Positions 58,208-64,000 of a stretch of 64,000 nt of DNA are shown in pieces (position 1 is the first letter of the stretch; every line of letters begins with the position of its first letter). The notes beneath the pieces were generated by a model, which saw nothing but the letters and a program-made list of their open reading frames with translations, had not been told where the DNA came from and did not search any database. The translations under genes were made by a program, and so were the position numbers. Source of the stretch: Waddliaceae bacterium (lineage in GTDB: Bacteria > Chlamydiota > Chlamydiia > Chlamydiales > SLFE01); the NCBI GenBank assembly GCA_963783885.1, contig CAWAPJ010000029.1, forward strand, positions 32,001-96,000, given 5' to 3'.

Positions 58208-59650
58208 TCAGGCAGAAGGAATGCTTTCATTTTTACGAGGAAAGATTTTATCATATGTTTCTAGAGCATCTTCCATTTTAGGTCTTTGATCGGGATCAAT
58301 TTGCGTCATATGGTCAAGCAGATTGACGAATTGATCAACCTTATCCTCTTCAATAACTTTTTGTTCTTTCAATTGTTTGGCCAAAAGTTTGATATATCTA
58401 TCTAAAACTTGCTTTTGAAATAACTTTTCATCTTGGGATAGGTTCATTAATTTGGCTCTTCTTAACAAGGTTGACCAGCCGCTTCCCGCAGTGGCTTGAA
58501 AAGCTTCGTGTTCAATGACAAATCTTTCAATTCCTCTTTTATTTCGAATACGTTCATTTTTGTATTTTCCCTCTTCCACTTTTTCCCAAGTCTTTATAAA
58601 TTCGTCTTTTTGCGCTTCTTCCACTTCACCCCAAAGAGATGTGTTCCGATTCTTATCTAAAACCTGTTCTTCAAAATTTCTTATCAGCACAAGTGCAGCT
58701 CCCCAGACTTCTCCTTTTGTACTTAATTTGCCCTCAGGAGAGATAAAGCGAATATTTCCTGAATATTTTTGTGGTATTTCCTTTCTAGTTTTTTTATTAG
58801 TTTTGATTTCGCTGGTCTTTCCGAAGTCGGCGATTTTAAGGGTCTGATCTTTTCCTGTTCCGTATATCAGACAGTTTTCAGGTTTGATATCCCCATAAAT
58901 AAAGCCAGCATTTTGCAATTCAGTCATCCCTTCGAGGTATTGCCTTCCAAACTCAATTCGGGTTTCGATATTAAGGTTTTCTTGAATTTTATCTTCAAAA
59001 TTTCCACCTTCGGCAAAGGGTACTTTGAGGCCGTATCGAGCTTTACCTGATTGACCTATAAGTTCAATTTCGTCGGTTTTAGTAGCCAAGTGCTGAGGTT
59101 CACTTTCTGATTTTTTATTGATTGCATCGTAAGTTTTCTTTTCCGCGCGAAGATTTTTTTCTCTGGATTTCCAAAAAGTTTTGACTGGTGCGTAAAAGGC
59201 TTCTTCCTGTTTATTTATGTCTTTTCTTGGTTGGTTTTTCTCAGGTATGTATAAGGCACTTGTGATCTCTTGAGATACAAATAGAGGGTTTGGTTTAAAT
59301 TCCCTTTTGCGATAGACGATTTTCTCTTTTCCTCGGGTCAATTCTTTAATATCTTTAAAGGCAACTCGATCTGTTTTCGCTGCTGTAGATTGGAGTGTTT
59401 TTTTTGATTTGAAGAAGAATTGCTGGATTCTAGCGCTTATTTTTCTCAAACCTCTTATCAGAGAACGGCTTGCGGTTATATCTCTTCGTGCTGCCTGTTC
59501 TCTTCTCGTTTGTTGGTTTGAGAGTGATCTATTTTCAACATACTGAATTTTAGATTCTTGAGTTTTTAAAGGTTTAGCCGTCACCCAATTTTGGGTTTGC
59601 TCTACAGGGGGACTGCTGTTGCCTTTTATTTCAGGGGCTCCGTTAGCCAT
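58208..59650 (-). CDS. Ser/Thr protein kinase, putative effector
   Basis: YGDIKPENCLI, KIADFG, FISPE, DPDQRP; low-complexity N-terminus. Confidence 0.82.
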   Translation of the reverse strand: MANGAPEIKGNSSPPVEQTQNWVTAKPLKTQESKIQYVENRSLSNQQTRREQAARRDITASRSLIRGLRKISARIQQFFFKSKKTLQSTAAKTDRVAFKDIKELTRGKEKIVYRKREFKPNPLFVSQEITSALYIPEKNQPRKDINKQEEAFYAPVKTFWKSREKNLRAEKKTYDAINKKSESEPQHLATKTDEIELIGQSGKARYGLKVPFAEGGNFEDKIQENLNIETRIEFGRQYLEGMTELQNAGFIYGDIKPENCLIYGTGKDQTLKIADFGKTSEIKTNKKTRKEIPQKYSGNIRFISPEGKLSTKGEVWGAALVLIRNFEEQVLDKNRNTSLWGEVEEAQKDEFIKTWEKVEEGKYKNERIRNKRGIERFVIEHEAFQATAGSGWSTLLRRAKLMNLSQDEKLFQKQVLDRYIKLLAKQLKEQKVIEEDKVDQFVNLLDHMTQIDPDQRPKMEDALETYDKIFPRKNESIPSA

Positions 59651-59834
59651 AATTAACCTTTTAATATTATGTTTATTAACTAGTATTATTATAATTAATT
59701 ATTAATTAAATGTAAATTTTATTATAAAATTATATTAATTAAATTATTAAAAAACAATAAACTAAAATTAGCTTTTTTCTTGCCAAATAAGCCGAAAAGA
59801 GTGTATTATACCGCAAAAAAGGAGCATTTTTTCT

Positions 59835-60743
59835 ATGAATTCTATCCGTCGAGTATCTATCTATGAATCTTCCCTAAGAGATGGCTTGCAGGCTCTTAAA
59901 CAAAACATTCCTACCAAAGTTAAAATTGGCTTTGGCAAACGACTGGAAAAAGCGGGATTTAAAAATATCGAAGTCGGCAGCGTGACTAAGATTGAGCAAA
60001 TGAGAGATAGCGAAGCGGTCTTTAAAGAGCTGAATAAAAGCGGATCGGCAAAATATTGGACTTTGGTTCCCAATCCGAAAGGTTTGCATAAGGCCATCAT
60101 GTGGGGGTGCAGGCATTTTGGGATTCCCGCGTCGGCATCAGACCCTTTTTCTCGCGCCAACATTCGGAGAGGAATTACCGAAGCTTATGAAGATTGGCAT
60201 CTTCCCATGCTTCAGAAAACTGCCTATGAAGGAATAAAAGTACGCTTTTATCTCTCATGCAGTTTCGGATATAAAAGCCCTGATGATGTCACTGAAGAGG
60301 TTGTTGTCACTCTAGGGTCAATGGCCCATAGATATAACGCCAAAATTGTTCTTTCCGACACGATGGGCTGGGCAACTCCGGATAAAGTCCGAAGGTTGTT
60401 TCAAGAGTTTTGGAATGAAGGTTTTTTACCCAGCGATCTGGCGTTTCACCCGCATGGCCCCCCTAAGCGTGTTATGGAAAATACCGCAGCGGCAATCCAG
60501 GAGTTTATCAAGCGTGAACAGGTACTGGGAGAAGTCGCCGCGGGGGGCTTTGGTTTGGGGGAAATCGACGCTACAATTAGAAATTTTGGAGGATGTCCCG
60601 CAGCGCAAAAAGCGGCAGGCCGCGATCTCAATAATGTCCCGACGCAGGATGTCATCAGTTATTGCAATGCCCAGAATATCCTCACAGGTGTTGATCTGGA
60701 GAAGGTGAACGAGGCAAGCAACTTTTTTATATCTTCGCTGTAG
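59835..60743 (+). CDS. Hydroxymethylglutaryl-CoA lyase family protein
   Basis: RDGLQ, IEVGS, LVPN.KG, LSDTMG, FHPH, GGCP, TGVDL. Confidence 0.8.
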   Translation: MNSIRRVSIYESSLRDGLQALKQNIPTKVKIGFGKRLEKAGFKNIEVGSVTKIEQMRDSEAVFKELNKSGSAKYWTLVPNPKGLHKAIMWGCRHFGIPASASDPFSRANIRRGITEAYEDWHLPMLQKTAYEGIKVRFYLSCSFGYKSPDDVTEEVVVTLGSMAHRYNAKIVLSDTMGWATPDKVRRLFQEFWNEGFLPSDLAFHPHGPPKRVMENTAAAIQEFIKREQVLGEVAAGGFGLGEIDATIRNFGGCPAAQKAAGRDLNNVPTQDVISYCNAQNILTGVDLEKVNEASNFFISSL

Positions 60744-61539
60744 ATGGATGCTCAAGGATTTTTTCTATCGCTTTTTGAAAGAGCCATTGTCTGGAGTCGG
60801 GGTCTCGGGATAATTCGCGGTGAATTTCTTCCCAATTATGCCAGCGAAAATATCTGTTGAAGTTTTCCGAAGAGTGTTCAAAGCTCGAAAAGAACTGTTT
60901 TTCCGGCTCGATTTCGAGGTGGACCATAGAATGCACCACGATTCCTTTGCCGTGAATTGAAGTCAATACGGCCGGTTTTTTGTTCTCCTGATAAGTCGCC
61001 AGAACCTCTCCCTTCCATGATTCATCGGGAAAATAGCACCCCCCTCCGCTTAATAGAGCTTTGATTTTCTTGTCGCCACAGCTTAAGGCGGCGACTTTGT
61101 GAATGAAGGGGAGGGGGCATTCTTTAGCTGCGGGATAAATGGGGCCGGAGGCTTTTCCCGGAAATAGGCGCATTTTCCCTTGTTTGGTGATGTTGTTAAA
61201 GGTGCGCTCTGTCGCGGCGGCGTAGGAAGCTCCGCAGATCATTACAGCGGCTCCGCCTTGATGGATAAATTTTCTAAGCTCTTCGAAGCGGCCGCTTATT
61301 TCAGCTTCAAGTACAGATGATGGTCCCCCCGGGATGACGAGGACAGTACGCCCGGGCTGCCATTTCGAGGGTTGAAAATCAAACGCTGAAATCTTTTTGA
61401 TGTCCCAATGGGCGCTGAAATGTCCCTTAGCTTTCCTGATAAGCCGCTCAAGTTTTGAAGATGTGCTGCCAAAAGTCCCTTTCCCGTCATAAATGAGAAA
61501 AGAGTCGATTGGGCATTTGCCGCTAACTTCTGGCGCCAT
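60727..61539 (-). CDS. BPL-N (biotin-protein ligase N-terminal, GATase-like) domain protein
   Basis: LIYDGKG, LVIPGG, ICGASY, FPGKASGP, GGGCYF, VHLE; next to bioY. Confidence 0.75.
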   Translation of the reverse strand: MAPEVSGKCPIDSFLIYDGKGTFGSTSSKLERLIRKAKGHFSAHWDIKKISAFDFQPSKWQPGRTVLVIPGGPSSVLEAEISGRFEELRKFIHQGGAAVMICGASYAAATERTFNNITKQGKMRLFPGKASGPIYPAAKECPLPFIHKVAALSCGDKKIKALLSGGGCYFPDESWKGEVLATYQENKKPAVLTSIHGKGIVVHSMVHLEIEPEKQFFSSFEHSSENFNRYFRWHNWEEIHRELSRDPDSRQWLFQKAIEKILEHPSTAKI

Positions 61540-62071
61540 AGATGCGAGCCGCAATCACTGCCAGACAAAGCTTATAGCAGGCTGTCGGCAGGAAGGGGAC
61601 GACGCCGACAAGCAGCGCTTTTTGAATATCCATAAAAAAGAGAAGCCATGTGATGCCGAAAAAGTAGATAGTCAATTGCCCTGACAAAACCGCAAGGGTC
61701 GACATCAACCAGGTTCTTTCTTTTCGAAACTCTAAAAGGAAGCCTGTCACATAGGCGGCTATCGGGAATCCAACGAGATACCCCCCTTTGGGGCTGATGA
61801 TCCAAAACGGGTCAATGCTCATCCCTGAAAGGACGGGAAAGCCTGCTGTCGCCTCCAGCAAGTAGAGGAGAAGGGAAAAGGATGCTTTTTTCCCTCCCTG
61901 AGCGATTGCAAGCAAAAAGACTCCGAGGGTCTGCAGGGTCATCGGTATTGGTTCCAGAGGCACCTTCATTTGGGAAATGACGGCCATGAATAGGCTCCCC
62001 AAGATGACATGGGCGGCATAGATGGCATAGGACTTTGTTTTTGTATTGGCAATAGTTTGTGTGTTGTCCAT
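61523..62071 (-). CDS. bioY: Biotin transporter BioY
   Basis: PIPMTLQT, LYLLE..GFPV, GGYLVGFP, GVVPFL; AAGGAG RBS before ATG 62071. Confidence 0.92.
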   Translation of the reverse strand: MDNTQTIANTKTKSYAIYAAHVILGSLFMAVISQMKVPLEPIPMTLQTLGVFLLAIAQGGKKASFSLLLYLLEATAGFPVLSGMSIDPFWIISPKGGYLVGFPIAAYVTGFLLEFRKERTWLMSTLAVLSGQLTIYFFGITWLLFFMDIQKALLVGVVPFLPTACYKLCLAVIAARIYGARS

Positions 62072-62102
62072 ACAAGCTCCTTCGGTTTCAAAGAGAGCTT
62101 TC

Positions 62103-62131
62103 AGAATGGCTGAAAGCAAAAAAAAGGTCAA
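62103..62131 (-). promoter_or_regulatory. Putative sigma70/66 promoter of bioY
   Basis: TTGACC (62131-62126), 17 nt, CATTCT (62108-62103). Confidence 0.5.
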
Positions 62132-62144
62132 TCTTGATTATGAG

Positions 62145-62258
62145 TGCACAGCATTTGAAAATTTATCAACGCGGAGTCGCGGAATATTTTATTCTTTAAT
62201 TTCTTATTGCACCCTTCGTCCCCGCGACTCCGCGTTGAATTTTTACAAAAATTGTGCA
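62145..62258. repeat. Long imperfect inverted repeat (REP/MITE-like)
   Basis: Perfect 17-bp arms TCAACGCGGAGTCGCGG (62166-62182) and CCGCGACTCCGCGTTGA (62222-62238); extends imperfectly to TGCACA/TGTGCA. Confidence 0.8.
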
Positions 62259-62266
62259 AAAAAGGT

Positions 62267-62716
62267 TTAGTTTTCCCAGGGAACTTGGGTGCAAGTGGCT
62301 ACCCAGCCCATCCAGCTGTCTTTGACATGAGTGATTTTATATCCCTTATCTTCCAATAGCTTTTTCACTTTGACTGCAGTGTGCGGTGTTTCTGATTGCA
62401 GGCGCGACTCATTGATCCACTTGCCGGCAATCGAAAGAATTGTGCAAGAAGTATAGTACTTTTTAGAATTCTCTTCATTGCACTGCAGTCTTGAGGGAAT
62501 CTGATTTTCTGTCTTAGTCCCTAGAATTGTAAGCATTCGGCCATCTGCGTCCCCAGGTAACTTGCCGAGGCTTCGGTCTGCTTCGTTGTCCTGCTTCGGC
62601 AACCCCATGAGGGGTTGTCTGCATCGGACGCCTTGCAGCCCTTTGCCCGGGCCGCGTTCTCTGGGGACGCAGATGGCCGAATGCTTACCTAGAATTGAAC
62701 GGGTTTGCAGTTGCAT
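62267..62716 (-). CDS. Hypothetical protein
   Basis: AAGGAG RBS directly after the upstream stop; 149 aa. Confidence 0.55.
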   Translation of the reverse strand: MQLQTRSILGKHSAICVPRERGPGKGLQGVRCRQPLMGLPKQDNEADRSLGKLPGDADGRMLTILGTKTENQIPSRLQCNEENSKKYYTSCTILSIAGKWINESRLQSETPHTAVKVKKLLEDKGYKITHVKDSWMGWVATCTQVPWEN

Positions 62717-62724
62717 TTTTCTCC

Positions 62725-63390
62725 TTATTCAAAATTAAATCCGGCTTCGGCTAACTCTTTCATAAACGCAGGGGGCAATGAAGTTTCTTTAATTTCTTTT
62801 TTAGTGCCTGCAGATAACTTGACTGAGTGTTCAGCGCCTTTTCTTATGAGTTTGCAAAAGGCTTCTTCAACATATTGGTATCCTCCTCTTGCGCCCAGCC
62901 TGATCAAATTGATTAATGTGAAGTTATAATGGATTTGTTCAAACTGATCAGTGACGTCAGATTTATCTTTGAATGTGAATTTATCCGCCACAAAGTCAAG
63001 AACGTCTTTAAAATGAGAATCGATGGTGTCTTCAGATTTTCTCATTCGGAAAACAATATCTATCGATTGTTTGGGAGTTAAAGACTCCAGCGTGAGAAAC
63101 TCGTTTAAAGGCAAAAAATCTCGGTCATCCCATGAGAATGAGACGGGATTCAACAAGAAGCCGTAGGTGAATAATTTGAAGGCTATAGGTGCAGGACAGT
63201 TAGCGTCGGAAGCGATGCCTTTCAGTTTTCGAAGCAGTTGGGCGTTTGATGGATTCTCAGAGTCATTCAAGATGCTTGCGCCCAATTCATGAATTCGGTT
63301 TTTTATCTTTTCTCTATCAGCTTGGGGAGAAAGGCTGAGCGCTTTTGTAGTGAGTTCAGAAATTGAGAGTTCTTTACTTTCGATATTCAT
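62725..63390 (-). CDS. Hypothetical protein
   Basis: 221 aa; ATGA overlap with the permease stop; GGAGG RBS. Confidence 0.65.
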   Translation of the reverse strand: MNIESKELSISELTTKALSLSPQADREKIKNRIHELGASILNDSENPSNAQLLRKLKGIASDANCPAPIAFKLFTYGFLLNPVSFSWDDRDFLPLNEFLTLESLTPKQSIDIVFRMRKSEDTIDSHFKDVLDFVADKFTFKDKSDVTDQFEQIHYNFTLINLIRLGARGGYQYVEEAFCKLIRKGAEHSVKLSAGTKKEIKETSLPPAFMKELAEAGFNFE

Positions 63391-64000
63391 ACTGATCCTC
63401 CAATTTTTTTGATCTGCAGAATCATGCTGAGAATATAGGCGGCGCCGGCAAGGAGGGCGATCGTCGCTCCTGATGGCCAGTCGAGATAGAAAGATGAGGC
63501 GATTCCGGTAAATGAGAACACAGCGCTGAAGAGAACGGCGATGGCCATCATCAATGAGAGCCGGGATGTGATCATGTTCGCAATAGCTGCGGGAATAGCA
63601 AGCAGAGTCATCACGAGTATGATCCCCACAACATAAATTAAAAGGACGATAGTGATGGCGATTAAAGAGAGAAGCAAAAGATAGATGAGGTTGACATTTG
63701 CGCCCTGGAGAAGCGCTTGCTCCTCGTCAAAGCAGATAACGAGAAATCGCTTGTGCATCAGGAAAACGGCGGCGAGGACAATGATGTCTAAAACAAGCAA
63801 AAATAGAAGATTGGCTGGGGAGACCCAAAGAATATTTCCGATGAGGAAACTGGTCAGCTCGACATTAAAACCCGGAGTTTGGGACATAAAGATAATTCCG
63901 ATCGCCATTCCCACCGACCAAACGGCCGCAATCACGGTATCTTCCCGCTGGCGGTAATGGAGGTGGATCCATCCCATGATAAGGGCGGAAATGATTCCTG
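63387..64000 (-). CDS. Metal (Zn/Mn/Fe) ABC transporter permease, 5'-truncated by the window edge
   Basis: REDTVIA..W..GMAIG, FLIGNIL, FDEEQA, VGIILV, DWPSGATI. Confidence 0.9.
   Translation of the reverse strand, partial: GIISALIMGWIHLHYRQREDTVIAAVWSVGMAIGIIFMSQTPGFNVELTSFLIGNILWVSPANLLFLLVLDIIVLAAVFLMHKRFLVICFDEEQALLQGANVNLIYLLLLSLIAITIVLLIYVVGIILVMTLLAIPAAIANMITSRLSLMMAIAVLFSAVFSFTGIASSFYLDWPSGATIALLAGAAYILSMILQIKKIGGSV

Noticed and set aside
57961..59650. tRNA-Ser as an integration site for a genomic island
   Set aside because: No integrase and no duplicated tRNA 3' end seen in the window; the terminator directly follows the tRNA
62072..62266. Possible riboswitch or BirA operator controlling bioY
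   Set aside because: The hairpin lies upstream of the predicted bioY promoter, so it is not in the leader; no convincing BirA-type palindrome was seen

Overview
64 kb of bacterial chromosome, most likely from an environmental Chlamydiota (Parachlamydiales-like) genome. This is inferred from tandem NTT/Tlc nucleotide transporters next to pgk, a Tsp protease, BPL_N plus BioY, and many eukaryotic-like effector candidates (F-box proteins, Ser/Thr kinases, a PI3/4-kinase-like protein). Housekeeping and metabolic blocks include prpBCD back-to-back with beta-oxidation genes, pdxH, pgk, gabD, gltX, rsmB, cyoABCDE, a wbpA/E/B-D diacetamido-uronic acid cluster and tRNA-Ser(GCT). The main candidate system is a DUF692 (MNIO)/DUF2063 RiPP operon with two structurally different secreted Cys-containing precursors in cis. 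A third paralogous precursor lies about 11 kb away, and all three share one leader motif. Other notable items are a 60-aa Bd0055-like bacterial histone, an MNT-HEPN toxin-antitoxin pair flanked by a decayed duplicate of the prpD 3' end, two overlapping divergent promoters that appear to give leaderless mRNAs, and a prion-like N/G/F/Y repeat protein with an HPD-less J-like domain. Two neighbouring single-base frameshifts (gloB, Kef antiporter) may be sequencing errors. All family assignments come from motif recognition by eye; no database searches were run.
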